A stretch of DNA of 64,000 nucleotides from Octopus vulgaris (taxonomy: Eukaryota): the NCBI GenBank assembly GCA_951406725.2, contig OX597817.1:85312001-85376000 (forward strand). Reading direction: 5' to 3'. A program made the translations under genes and the position numbers. Shown piece after piece: positions 50,038 through 64,000 of the stretch. The notes beneath the pieces are model-generated. The model was not told the DNA's origin, did not search any database, and saw only the letters and a list, made by a program, of their open reading frames with translations. Numbering within the stretch: position 1 is the first letter of the stretch; every line of letters begins with the position of its first letter.

Positions 50038-53000
50038 TGACCTGGGATTAATCAATTAGTAGCATATTTTTAGTAAACACTTTTCTAAAAGTTTTTCTAG
50101 AACAAGTGAATAACAAAAGGAGATTCACCATGAAAAATTACAGCAATATACCACATCCTTTGTTTTATATATATATAAAACAAAGGATGTGTGTATGTGT
50201 AGTACGTATGCATTTCTACAGTTTTCAAATTGAAAGTGTGTGTGTGTGTGTGTGTATTTGTATCTCATTTCTTACATCACATGATAGTTATAGGTGATTG
50301 TCACTGTCATATAATCAGTGAGACTTATTTCCAATATTATATGGGAATATGTCTGTTCATGAAGAAAGTTACCTTCTTGAAATGAAGTGAGGGTTGGTGA
50401 CAGGAAGGACATCCAGCTGTAGAAAATTTGCTTCAATAAACTCTATCTAACCCATGCATGCTAGAAAAGTGGATATTACAATGATGATGAGCAATGATAT
50501 ATATGTGTGTAACTGTGTGTCTCATAAAACAAACATTGAGACAAGCCTATCACAGAGCTTTAATGTGTTTGTTCAACCTGCTAAACACAGCAGTCAATTC
50601 TCTTTCAAATCACATCATACTGACTTCAAAAATAGCAAAAGACAGTTTAGATAATGTAGCCTTTAAAATACTATAGCTGAAATGAAAAAAGACTAACGGT
50701 TACTATTGAAATGCCTCTGAAATGTCTACTAGGCCAACAACATAGGATTCAAAATTTTATCAAATTTTCTCTTGATACACCAACTGTGGCCATGCTAAAT
50801 ATTGATTCATTTGTACTCATCAGTAAATTCATTGATAGATTTTCTTTATTCATTTTCCAATTTCATATCTTTTTTTCCTGGAACAGATTCAAACAGTGTT
50901 CAATAATTATGCAGTGATGTTGGTATGGTGTTGAAATCATTTTTGAATAATACATGAATTGTATTTGAATCCTGTTAAGTAATTAAGATATCCATCCAGC
51001 ATGAAACCATGTTCAATATACATATTGATAGTATTTCTTATTCTCACATCTGATTGATTACCATCATCATCATCATCATCATCATCATTAATTATTATTA
51101 TTAATTACTACTACTACTACTACGATAACAATCCAGTTCTATAACAATGTTAACTCTTTTCAAAGTCATATGGCTGTTCCTAGCTGGATGTTTGTTATAA
51201 GACTTCTGTCACTAATACCATTTTAAGATAAGCAATTTTTATCAGACAAAATATTGGCGAAATTTTTCAAATGTTTTAGGTCAAATGAAAATATAAAGCT
51301 ATATGAATTTTATCCTTTTATAGCTCTACACTTTCATAATCATTACATGTGTGTGTGTGTCATAGTCTGGACATCACCTAATTGTTGTAAATGAATGCCA
51401 TTCATTTCTAATATTCTGCAAAAACATATCTAGCTACAGAGAGAATATTAACTTGCTTCAGAACAAATAAAGGTTGGTGAAAAAAGTGGGGTCCAACCAT
51501 AGAAAATCTGCTTCAGTAAACTCCATCCAACCCTTGCAAGCATGGAAAAGTGCACATTAAAATGATGATGAAATATATATATATATATATAAATTTAAAA
51601 TGAGGGTGAGAAATTGGATATTAATTTAATTAACACCAATTTCACACCAGAGGTCTAGCATATAAAAATCTGAAGGTTCAGTAAATTGTATTATATGCAT
51701 ATGAGAGGGATGAACACTATGTGGACCACCCTTATGCTAGAAGTAGATCCACTATGGTCTTACCACTAAGAAATGTTCTCAAGAAAAATTTAGCAAACAC
51801 CAGAATGTAAGCGAGCAAGACAAAAGAAAAGCAACAAAAATATGGATTATTCATATATATGTTTCACTGTTAACAGATTACGTAATTTTACTTATGCAAT
51901 TTGTCTGTAGATCTTCGGTGTGACCGTCCATACAAATATAATTTGCAGAACTATACACTAGGACATCCGCACAAAGTGGGACTTGTATATAGTTCTACCT
52001 ATTACACTCGTGGTTACTTTTCAAATGTCTTCGTTTTGGCACGCAATCAGAAGTGAATATTTTACACATCACCATGAAGTTCTGTTAGCATATTAAGCAA
52101 AGAAGCACCACATGTTCCATAGCTGATTGCGAAGAACTCTGTTTCTGTAGTAACCAAAGATGCTGTGCATATACACAAGGAGTGTAACCACCAAATTGAA
52201 TGTAATCAACAAATTAAAAGTACTTGAGCATATTTTAAGTGTGGGAAACAAACGCCAATGTGGGACACACCATTATATGGTTGATTCTTATCTTTGTGAA
52301 TCTATGTGGAGGAGATAAATTATTTTATAAAATCCTAGAGTGTATTTTATAAAATCCTAGACTGTATTGCAAACTTTTGTTCTTGATTTTTTAAACTAAT
52401 AAATGTCTTTTTAAGCAATGTTTTGACTGTTATTTCTAGCAATGTCTGTTGGTTTGTTCGTAGCTTTTAAATCTTTAATTTGCTTGCGAATCTTTTAATG
52501 TGTTTCACTGTTTACTGTAGCTAGTTTAATGTTTTGATATGCTGGTGCCCCCATCCCTTCTTGCTATTGTGACAGTGATGGAAGAGGCAGCAAATGCACT
52601 GTTTTCTGATTGGCTGAAAATTCTGAAAATTACCAAACTTTGAACACCTGTAACATTTTTACAAAATGTTTGTGGAATAAATGAATAACAAATTCAGATT
52701 CAGCATCAAAAATTACATCTATATGAAACATTAAAATGTTTTTAAAAGATTTCGACATGCAGTGACACTAACCACAAAGATCTAGGAAAGATATTACAGT
52801 TGAATGCCTTTCCTACTTTTAAACAATCAGTGAAGAATGGAATAATTGATGTAAAATAGTAAAAATATATCATAAATATTTTATTCTCAATCATCATTAG
52901 TATTATTTCACTTTTTAATATTAAAATATCTAGATTGAAATACTTTCTGCATTAACATCTTTAATTTTCAAAGTTAAAATCCTACCCAGTCAACTTTGCT

Positions 53001-53238
53001 TGTCTTCCATCTAAGGTTGATAAAATAAGTGCCAGTCAAATGCCAGAGTTCATTTCAATCCACTATTTGCCTCCTTAAAAATGTTGAGTTTTGTGTTGAA
53101 TTCAGATACCCTCATTTATTTTCATACCATTTCTTCTAAATTTAATATTCATTTTATATAAATTAGCTTTCTCTTTGAAGTATTTTACTATTTTGATTGT
53201 TCATTGATTGAAAATAACATTAATATATATATATATAT

Positions 53239-53491
53239 AACAATTGCAGCGTGAAAGGTGTTTATAACCCATTTATGAAACACACAAAACCGTTAGATTC
53301 ACTTCAACATTTAAGTTTAATTTGTCAAAATATTTTCGTCACTTTGAGACCGCGATCTGTTCACTGACAAAGCTTCGCAGTCTCAAAGCGACGAAAATAT
53401 TTTGACAAATTAAATTTAAATGTTGAAGTGAATCTAACGGTTTTGTGTGTTTCTTAAATGACTTATAAACACCTTCCACGCTGCAATTGTT
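53239..53491. repeat. Long inverted repeat (~117-bp arms, ~19-bp spacer), probable inverted Penelope pseudo-LTR pair
   Basis: 53239-53355 is the reverse complement of 53375-53491 with a few mismatches; same family as 46190-46331. Confidence 0.8.
53321..53371 (-). ncRNA. Second copy of the G3:C8 hammerhead-like motif
   Basis: Minus strand reads tttgtca GTGAACA gatcgc ggtctcaaa gtgac GAAA atat TT tgacaaa; same core and stems I/III as 46201, stem II slightly diverged. Confidence 0.55.
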
Positions 53492-53546
53492 TTCGTTCCT
53501 GCACATGATCTCAGATCAAGTCACTCGCTATGCAAGTACATCTCCA

Positions 53547-53577
<31 letters not shown>

Positions 53578-54024
53578 TCAAAGACTCATGGCTTTATGAC
53601 CTGAATTCAAATCATTTTGCTTTTCATTCTTGTTATGTTTATGGTTTAAGTACCTATAATACATGGGCAACAATTCGACTGCCTTTGTCCCTTCCTAAAA
53701 GGATTACTACATATGTATTCATTTGTTTTTATGTCCATTTTTCCATGCTTACAGAGTTAGACAAAGATGTTATTGAGATAAATGTTATATTGTTTTACAG
53801 TTAAATGTCTTTCCTACCATTAATGCCTGCCAGTTTTGAAGTAAAGGATCTCTTATTCCATGCAGCTTCAAATGCATGAAGCAAGCAGATGACTTGTTAA
53901 CAAAAGTGACACCAATGACACTATCTGCATGTCTCAACTTTTGCGGCAGCAGTCAGAATGTAAACAAACATACAGACACACACATTCACACACATATATA
54001 CATACTTACATTAACTGGTACTTT

Positions 54025-54305
54025 ATTGGTTATGATGATGAGGGTTCCAGTCGATCCAATCAACAGGACAGCTTGCTTGTGTAATTAACATGCAAGTGGC
54101 TGAACATTCCACAGACATGTGTACCCTTAATGTAGTTTTCAGGGAGATTCAGTGTGACACAAAATGTGACAATGCTGGCCCTTTGAAATACAGCTACTAC
54201 TCATTTTTGCCAACTGAGTGGACTGGAGCAACATGAAATAAAGTGTCTTGCTCAAGGACACAACATGCTACCAGGAACTGAACTCATGACCTTACAATAC
54301 TAAGC
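54025..54305 (-). mobile_element. Third SINE family (CORE-like)
   Basis: ccttgagcaagacactttatttcatgttgctccagtccactcag core; related 3' part at 2540-2785(+, with a 55-bp internal duplication) and related head at 15890-15992(-). Confidence 0.65.
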
Positions 54306-54338
54306 TAAATACATACATGTATGTGCACACACACACAC

Positions 54339-54373
<35 letters not shown>

Positions 54374-55580
54374 GTGTGTGTGTGTGTGTGATGGACTTCT
54401 TTCAGTTTCCATCTATGAAATCCACTCACAAGATTTTTGTCTGCCCAGGGCTAGAATAGTGCCAATCAGTGGAAGTGAATCCAAAACCATATGCTTGAAA
54501 AGTAAACTTCTTAACCACACAGCAAGGCCTGTACTTATACTACGCCTTACACAAATACCATATGTATATAGTATAGAAACCTTGTTTAAACCTATCAAAT
54601 TATAAACACATCTAGTTAAGCTCATTAGATTTAAATTAAAAACACATTTTTGTTACCATCTTATGTTGAAAATTGTCTACATCAATTAAAATTACTTATA
54701 TTCTGTGTTTTTGTTGAACATTCATGATAGCACTTGTTTTTAACAATAGTGGACTTGTTCTTAAGATAATCAAGATAGTTATACATGTTTAATGAAGCAA
54801 AATACAAAGTTACATCCCATCTGTCACCTAAACAATTATATAAAAATTCACAAGGAGAGAAAATGTTCTGGCAAAAGAATAAGAAAGGCTGAGTGTGTGA
54901 AGAAACACACTGACCCAGAAATTTGTTGTTTGTTGGGAATCTTCACTACATCACTAGATTTCTGTTTGCAAAGCTACCTTTTTTTTGCACAGATTTCTTG
55001 GTGGCAGATATATTAAGTCTTATCACTTCAAGTGGTTATGCATGCATTTCTATATATTTGGTATCTGAATATTGGAATCACAGGACATACATAGATAATT
55101 AGAAAGATTTATCTATTTTTACAAGTGTTGGCCAATCAAAATTGTGTTCAATGGAAGTCTAATCTCATCATATGACCTAAAAGGTTATTAGGCTAGAAAG
55201 TTAAGAAACGAAAATAGCAAACTGTCTTTTTTTAAAAATAAATAATTCCATCAATTATTCTAGCATGAAAATCAACATTTTCTGATTAATTATCTCTAAA
55301 ACTGGTAAAAATAAAAATAAAAGAAAGAAACTCTGTAATATCCTAAGTTTGGAAGATACAAGGTTTAAAAAGACTCCCTCTCCCTCTCCCTCTCTCTCTC
55401 TCTCTCACACACACACATACAGATACACACACACACACATATATATAGAGATAGATAGATAAGTAGGTAGGCAGGTAGGTAGGTAGGTAAGTAAGTAGAT
55501 AGATAGACAGATAGATAGATAGACAGACAGACAGATATAGAGGCACTTACTGGTATATGTACACATTTATATATAATGTA

Positions 55581-56118
55581 TGTTAGTTAGTTAATTTTTT
55601 GGCTCAAAAAGCAAAAAGCAAGGCCATGTAGGGGGACATGGAGTTATGTACAGGGTGGTGTTCATGTAAAGAGTTCAGGCCACTTGTGGTCAAGGGAGAC
55701 TTTGAACCAAGCGGTCATTGGCATCTTCACTATCTCATCCAGCAGCTTATTCCACAGATCCGCAACCCGGACGGAGAAAGCCCCTCTCCTTCGATTGAGA
55801 TGAAATCGTCGCAGATAGAGCTTTTCAGAGTGACCCCGCAGCCGACGCTCTGGAGCTGGAGTGAAGAACAGCTCTTTCGAGAGGTTACACTTTCCACTTA
55901 TGATGTTGTGAGCAAGAATGAGATCACCTCAGCGGCGGCGTTTTTCTAGAGAATAAAGGTCGAGCGTCTTCAGCCTTTCTTCATAAGACAAATGCTTGAG
56001 ACCAAGAACCATGCGGGTAGCCAGCTTCTGGACTCTTTCGAGATGCTGTATGTCTTTGAGGAGATAAGGAGAAGAGGCTTGAATCCCATACTCCAATATG
56101 GGTCTCACCAGCGTGACA
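55581..56118 (-). mobile_element. Young CR1 LINE 3' end with (TAAC)n tail
   Basis: VTLVRPILEYGIQASSPYLLKDIQHLERVQKLATRMV.GLKHLSYEERLKTLDLYSLEKRRR*GDLI..RLRGHSEKL..FSVRVADLWNKL; one stop only. Confidence 0.93.
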
Positions 56119-57400
56119 TTTTACAATTTCAAAAATTTATTACAAAAGCAAATAAACAGATAAATCTGTGAAAGTTATTACAAAATGATGAGTAGTAATT
56201 GAAGTTTTTTGCTTTATTCAATACATCTCTATATGAGCACTATTAACTGCACGAAGCACATCAAGATGGTAATCAATTTCTTGCCATGTTTGCTGTAGCA
56301 TAGCCTTATCAATGTGTCAATGGAATTCAAGGATCCTTTGCTTCAGGTCATTGATGTCTTGTATCTTTGTTTGATACAATGTCTTTAACATAACCTCATA
56401 GAAAAATGTCCAGGGTAGTGATATCTGGTGTAAGAAGTAGCCAGGGAATTGGGGCATCATTTCCAATCCACCAGTCTGGAAATGTTTGATTTAGCAACCT
56501 ATAAACATGCAGTCCCCAATGTGGTGATAGTCCATCCTGCTAGAAAATGATGGTTGGTTGAAAGTCATTTGTGGTGCCACATATTTAGTCAAAAGATCAA
56601 GGTAAACATTTGCAGTAATTGATCTCTCTGTGAAGAAAAATGGACCAATAATTCCATTGCACAACATTCCACATCAGACATTTACCTTTGGACTATCTTG
56701 GTGAAATTCCCTAGTCACATAGAGGTGTTCTGGTCCTCAGATTCTCACATTATGTGTGTTCAGTTTCCCTGAAACATGTAAGGTTGCCTCATCACTAAAA
56801 CCACTTTGGGTGAGGAATGCTGCATTCTCAGAATTTCGTTCCAGTATGTTAACTGCAAACTCTTTTCATTTTGGTTTATCACTTGGTTTGAGTGCCTGTA
56901 AGATTTGCACTTTGTAAGAGTACAGTTGCAAATTCTTGTGTAGGACTTTGTGCATGGTAGTTGTAATTGTCTGACAGCAGTATGTATGGACTTTGTAGAA
57001 GAACTAGCAAAGGCTTGTCTTAAATGATTAATGTTTTCCTCAGATAATTTGATCATCCACTCCTCCTTTATCCAACATTGTTCCCATAAATTTCTTGTGC
57101 CATGCACAAATTGATGGACATGACGGTAGATGTATTCCATATTTAATCCTGTATTGTCACTGGGTCTGCATATCCAATTTTGTTTCTATAAACCACAATA
57201 CACATTGTACCTTTTCTTGAGGAGTAGCCACTTTTTCTGGGTTTCATTTAACAGAACCTTTTCCATCAACAGGGTACCTGAAAAACACAAATGCAGTGTG
57301 GTTAAAAACTGTCATAATCACTGAGTACATAGAACAAATCTGATAAAGCCTTTGTAATAATTTTTTGAAATTGTAAAGAGACTTTATGGACAACCTCTAC
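56119..57400 (-). mobile_element. Degenerate Tc1/mariner-superfamily transposon
   Basis: TIR ttacaatttcaaaaa(t/a)ttattacaaa at both ends; LRQAFASSSTKSIHTAVRQLQLP, SDEATLHVSG, QDGLSPHW, FPDWWIG..PWLLLTPDITTLD. Confidence 0.82.
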
Positions 57401-58983
57401 ATACATACATACATGCATGCATGCATGCATACATGCATACATACATACATACATACATACATACATACATACATACATACATACATACATACATACATAC
57501 ATACAATAAGAAAAGGTGAAACTATAAAAGCAACACCATCCACAATTACTCTTTTCCATGATAAAGAATGTTAGACAGAAATGTAGAATTACTTCTCCCT
57601 AATCTTTGCTCATTAATTACTCCCTTTTAACACTTCAAGATTACTTATAATGTATTTTTGTACCTTTGCTGTATAATGTTTTCCATTTCAACTTACAATA
57701 TTATAGCCCCACATCTCATCACTTAATTTCATTACATGCCCAATATTCCAGTTTTGGTGGCCGTTTTCTTTTTACTTCACGAAACAAAGTTTTTTTTATT
57801 TACTTTTTCTAATCCATAAAACTAGATTCAGTTTATTCTTATATTTCACATATCTTGCTCATCATTTTTCATCTCTTTTAATGCCATAACTTTTCTATAT
57901 TTTCTGCTCATATTTCATTGTACAATTTCTGGCAGATAAAATGATATCATGATAAACTGGGAAGTTTTATTTTACAAATTTTAGCACATATTTTTAAAGC
58001 TGGGTGGTTGAGTGGCTGTCTTGCTGGCTTGATGGATGGCTTGCTAGTAACCATTGTACTAAATATTAGATTATGGAATAGAACTAATACCCATATTCCA
58101 ATATATTCCTGTCATTTCAATTTACTGTGGAGTGACAGAAATAGCAGACTGCCAAGTACTACTTAGTTTCATTCTTTAAGATTCTGAGTTCAAGCCCCAC
58201 CTCTATGAATTGGCTTGCATTCCTTTAGAGTCAGTATTGTACGAAGAGGAGAAGGATCCACAAGCAAATCCCCCAAAAGTCTGCAAGGAATATGGCTACT
58301 TGCAACTACTGCTTAGAAAATTACCTAATCTTCCTGATACCTTATTCAGTAAATGACCACATCTTCTATGGGGTTTCCTAAATTGTCAAGCTATATGCTA
58401 TTTTGTGGTTGAATAAAGGTTCATTGTTGAGTCTGGTGTTGTGTATCTATGCTTTACTAAGAAACTATCTGAAGAGCTGAAACCAAGAATGTAGATGCTG
58501 GTCAGTGGTTTCCCCTACAATGTGGATCACTGGGGGAAGTTTTCTTGTTGGTCAGTTCCTTCAGAGCCTTCCAGATGACAGCATTCTTGCTTTTGTTGAG
58601 GAGCAGATGTGCATACAATTATGTGGTTAAGAAGCTTACTTCACATAGGAACACATACACACACTCATCCTCATGTGCAAAATATGTACATATACATACG
58701 TGTGTGTGTGCATATACATACATACACAAGGTAAATCAAATAAAGTACCAGTCAAGTACTGTGAACATTAGTATCATCTGAACTTCTACCCTCAAAATAG
58801 TTGGCCTTTTGCCAACATTTGAAACAATTATTATTATGAATGGGTAAATATACAAAAGTAAGTAGCACTCTACACAGTTAGTAGAAATCAACCTGTTGTT
58901 AAATGTGTGTGTGTGTCTGTGTGTGTGTGCAACTGTATAATAATATATCATAATAATATATATTTGTTTACAAATATTATATA

Positions 58984-59706
58984 TCATCATCATCATCATC
59001 GTTTAAAGTTCATTTTCCATGCTGGCATGGTTTGACTCAGGTCTGGAGAGCCATTGGCTGCACCAGTCTCCAATCTGATCTGGCAATGTTTCTACAGCTG
59101 GATGCTCTTCTTAATGCTAACTACTCTGAGAATGTAGTGGGTGCTTTTTATGTGCCACTGGCACAGGAGCCAGTCAAGCAAGCCTGGCATTGATCACATT
59201 CAGATAGTGCCTTTTACATGCCACCGGCATGAGAGCCAGTCCAGCAGACCTGGCATCAACTATGTTTGGATGGTGCTTTTTACATGCCAGCAGCATGGGA
59301 GCCAGTCAGGAGACACTAGCCACAGCTACGATATTGGTTTTACTTTTCTCAACAGGTCTTCTCAAGCATATCATATCATCTGATGCATTAGGAGTACTCT
59401 TAACTGGGCTGGACATGCATGGCTGCGATTTCACTTTAGTTGCTGGGTCTTCTCAATCATAGCATATCTCCAAAGGTTTCAGTCTCCTGTCATTGCCTCT
59501 GTGAGGCCTAATGTTTGAAGGTCGTGCTTCACCACTTCATCCCATGTCTTCCTGGGTCTACCTCTTCCACAGGCTCTTTCCACAGTTAGGGAGTAGCACT
59601 TCCTCACACAGCTGTCCTCATCCATATGTAACACATGATCATACCAGTGCAATCGTCTCTCTTGCACACCACATTTGATGCTTCTTATGCCCAACTTTTC
59701 TCTCAT
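58984..59706 (-). mobile_element. RTE LINE family A 3' end
   Basis: REKLGIRSIKCGVQERRLHWYDHV..RGRPRKTWDEVV plus UTR. Confidence 0.9.
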
Positions 59707-60097
59707 AAATGTATATGTGTATATACTGGAGTAAACACATACTTACACATATATAGACATATATGTAATTTTGATCACCATCATTACCATCACATTTTAA
59801 CAAGTTAGTAGCACTCAGCACATTTAGTAGAAATTAAGTCAACCTCAGTTAAATGTGTGTGTGTGTGTGTTCTCATACAAAATGGATATGAGTACCAATG
59901 CTTCTATGTGGTAGGCTTGAAATTTATTAAGAGATCCCTCTTTACATGAAACCATTGGTGGCCTAGTTAACCCACAAATAAAGAATGTTTATCCTCCAAT
60001 ATGGTTTTGAGCACTGATTCTCACTGTTCAATATTAGTGAATAAACACACATATATGCATATATATATGTGTGTGTGTGTGTATATGTATATATATA

Positions 60098-60409
60098 CTA
60101 GCAGTATCACCTGGCGTTGCTTTAGAATTGGAATTTTTGATAAGTAAAAATTTTGCATTATGTAGCTTGTTATTCTCTTTAAGTGAACATTTTTCTGGTT
60201 GAAATACACGAAAAATGGTGACAGTCAAAAAATCGTAAAAAAATAGGGATTTTCATAGAAAAAAAGCACCTTTTTGATGTAAATAATTTTTGGTGTTAAC
60301 ATACTCTCAATTTTGTTCAACTTGCACCGCAGGGTCTCGGAGGAGATAGTGTTAGTTGAAGGCTACCAAACCTGCCATACACAGACAACTTCAGCTTTAT
60401 AAATATAGA
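60098..60409 (-). mobile_element. Short non-autonomous Helitron (a further Helitron-like 5' end near 60730-60825)
   Basis: Minus starts a|tctatatttataaagctgaagttgtctgtgt and ends gcaacgccaggtgatactgCTAG|t; hairpin partly lost. Confidence 0.7.
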
Positions 60410-61817
60410 TAATTGGTATGTGTTCACAAAGTCCAAACGATTAATACGAAAAAACCCTCCAGGCTACATCCCAAAAATTCATTTCTTTGTCGAATTTCTA
60501 CAATGTTTACGGCGATGCGTTTTTATATCTTGATTTTTTATTTTTGATGCAATTTACGCATGCTTGCACGCATGGTGAACACAGTTCATGTCAAACAGCT
60601 GACTGAGTAAAATTCACTATTCAATGCATGGGATAAAGCCTAAACAAACACATTATCGATTTTTGCACTTGCGAGATGAATTTCGGAACAGAAATAGTGC
60701 AGTTCAATTTTCATTCGCCTAAACTTTAAGTGACCCATTTTTGGTGGTTCTACGATTTGTTGGCTAGGAGGAGATGTGCCGGGAAGTTAAACACACAGAC
60801 ACACAAGTTGAGTTTTTATATATATATGTGTGTGTGTAGTTTTTTTCCTAATTTATATATATATATTATATTTTGTGAAATTTGATTTAGTATTTCTAAA
60901 TTGAATTTTTCCCTGTAAGTTTGGAATAATATTCCCTCATATTATTATTATATATATATATGCATGTATATATAAATCATCCTCATAATCCTCTTCCCTC
61001 TTGTTATCACCATCATCATTGTCTTAACATCTGCAATTCCATACTTGCCTGGGTCAGCTTAATTTGTTGAATGGTAGAAAGTGAATTCCATCTGACCCAC
61101 TAGAGTAAAGAATATTAAACATTGAGCATTTCACTTCATCAAATACCAAACATTTTGTTTGATCTTTTCCTTCCTAAAACTATTTAAGAATTAGCTCTAA
61201 AACGTTAGTTACCTACTTTTGAATGTAACCAAATTTATCCACTTCTCTAGAGACTGAAATTCTAAATACTGTTTGGGTGTTGTCATTTAGAAAATTAATG
61301 ACAACACCCTGCTAATATATGAACCGGCTAATATAATATTTCCCTTATATTACTTTCCAAGTTCCTTCACTCATTTCAGTTTTAGGGTGTTAAAAATACT
61401 GTTATTTCAAAATTGGATCATTCTTAACTTGCTTTAGTTATTTTTTTTTTTAAGATATTTAGTCACACAGAATATTTATTAGTTCCTTGAAGAATTTGAC
61501 TTTAACTTTCCAATGTGTTAGCAATTTTCTGTTATATTTTAGCTAGTAGTTGACTGACCTAACAAGTACTCTATATGCTGATAACAGTCATTTATGCCTC
61601 CGAATGCATTGATTAAGAAACATAAATATATGCATTCATGCTTCTGTACACACAGATTTATAATATTTATATTTTGGTAGAGTCAGTCACATACTACACT
61701 GAAATCTTTTGCCTGTGTGTTCAGGAAGCCATCAGCCAAGTTATGACCAAAATAAAAGTATTAATCTTTACTACAGTATTGAGTACTCTTTCTCCCAACA
61801 GTCAACACTAAATATAT

Positions 61818-62421
<604 letters not shown>

Positions 62422-62439
62422 CATGCTACATACATGCAT

Positions 62440-62470
<31 letters not shown>

Positions 62471-62511
62471 CATGTATGTAATATATATGTGTATGTATAT
62501 GTACACATATA

Positions 62512-62566
<55 letters not shown>

Positions 62567-63058
62567 GAGAAAAACAATGTTTCCTCATCCATTTGTCTTG
62601 TTTGTTTTATAGCTGCTTGTCATAGTTTGCTATTGTTCTTCATAAAACATTTTTCAAGTTCTATAACAGTTTTTGAGTTGCTGAAGGCCTTTCTTCATTC
62701 AGAAGGCACAGATGTGACTTCCCAGTCACATGGTTTTGGGTTCACTACTATAGTGACTAGATTAGGCAGACGAAAACTGAAAGAAGCTCATTGTATGTGT
62801 TTGCATGTGTCTCTATCTTCATACTGACATTGCTTGATAGTTGTAAGCAACTTCAACGTCATACAAGTACTGTCATTTGTTTTTAGTCTTGTATGAAAAC
62901 ATTTCCAACCAAAGAGAAATGTCAACTTACTAGGAAACAGGAGAGAATTGGTGACAGGAAGGACATCTGGTTGAAGAAAATATCTTTAAAGATAAAGATA
63001 TATCATCATCATCATATTTTCCTAAATAGGTCAAAAAACAATAACTGAGATGATCATG

Positions 63059-63113
<55 letters not shown>

Positions 63114-64000
63114 CATCCATCCATCCATCCATCCATCCATCCATCCATCCATCCATCCATCCATCCATCCATCCACCCACCCACCCACCCATCCATCTAT
63201 ATACATATATGTATATATATGGTTGTGGTTTTGTGTTTGTAAGCCATCTAAGAATCCATAAGTCAGGAAAAAATACACTCATATATCAGTAAGCAGAGTG
63301 GGTATATTAATTGAAGTTTAAAGTATTATATATATATCCATTATGGATGATATTACCAATCAGTTTCACACTAAACGTTCAATTGTGTGTTAGGTAACAG
63401 TGGTACTATATCTATAACCTTTGCGGGAATGGGGATGGGTATGGCATGTACATCTGTGTTTGTAAATCTGTTTTCTTTCTTTTATATTTTGGTTAAATTT
63501 TTGGGAAGTGTGTGTAGGGGTACAATATATGTGGGGACTTATATTAGGTGGGGGGGGGTTAATTATCTAATGGATGGATGTCCACATGTTAGAGTGTGTG
63601 TGCCCCAAGAATTTAACCAAAACATAAAAAAAAAGAAAGTATACCAACACAGATGTATATCCTCCCCCTGCAAAAGCTATACATATGGTACCACTACACA
63701 CATTCCATTTCTAAAAGAGCACCATTTCTCATAAACACTTTTTCAGAAAACTCTTGCCGACTTGCAACACACCCAGAGATGGTGGGGGGGGGGGGGGGCT
63801 TTGGAACCAAAGGACATAACTCTTAACTTAACCCTTGCTTGGTTCATTTCATCATCCTTTTCACAGCAACTACAAACTGGATGTGTCTGTTCTCCTTAAA
63901 TAATAGAGAGCAGTCGCCATATTTTCATCCATAATAGCTATCTCTGAAGAGTGCAGGATTACATAATTGGACTGTTATCTAATACTCCATTGAACTCCAA

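Noticed and set aside
55638-55949. 103-aa plus-strand ORF
   Set aside because: Antisense to the CR1 ORF2 C-terminus.
58466-58492. ctgaagagctgaaacc hammerhead-like core
   Set aside because: No room for stem II and no UH site or stem I.

Overview
AT-rich, microsatellite-dense eukaryotic DNA. The repeat content (CORE- and Meta-type tRNA SINEs, RTE LINEs with (GAT)n tails) looks like an octopus/coleoid cephalopod genome; this is inferred from remembered repeat families and was not searched. The only well-supported host coding sequence is one 89-nt ankyrin-repeat exon (6374-6462, +), so most of the window is probably intron. The rest is layered transposon debris: two RTE LINE families, CR1-group LINEs, an R4/Dong-like RLE element, Penelope-like remnants, Tc1/mariner, hAT, piggyBac-like MITEs, Helitrons and SINEs. 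Highlights: (1) a repeated minimal type-I hammerhead-ribozyme fold whose core has the compensatory C3G/G8C swap (46201-46250 +, 53321-53371 -, the latter inside a ~250-bp palindrome); (2) a second minimal hammerhead-like motif (44031-44066 -); (3) a twin-priming-type 5' inversion of an RTE LINE with three C-terminal C2H2-like fingers; (4) an RTE family with a PHD-like finger inside its RT and a variable array of ~66-nt hairpin units in its 3' UTR. Most ORFs in the supplied track are microsatellite or TE artefacts. Repeat boundaries were read by eye and are approximate.
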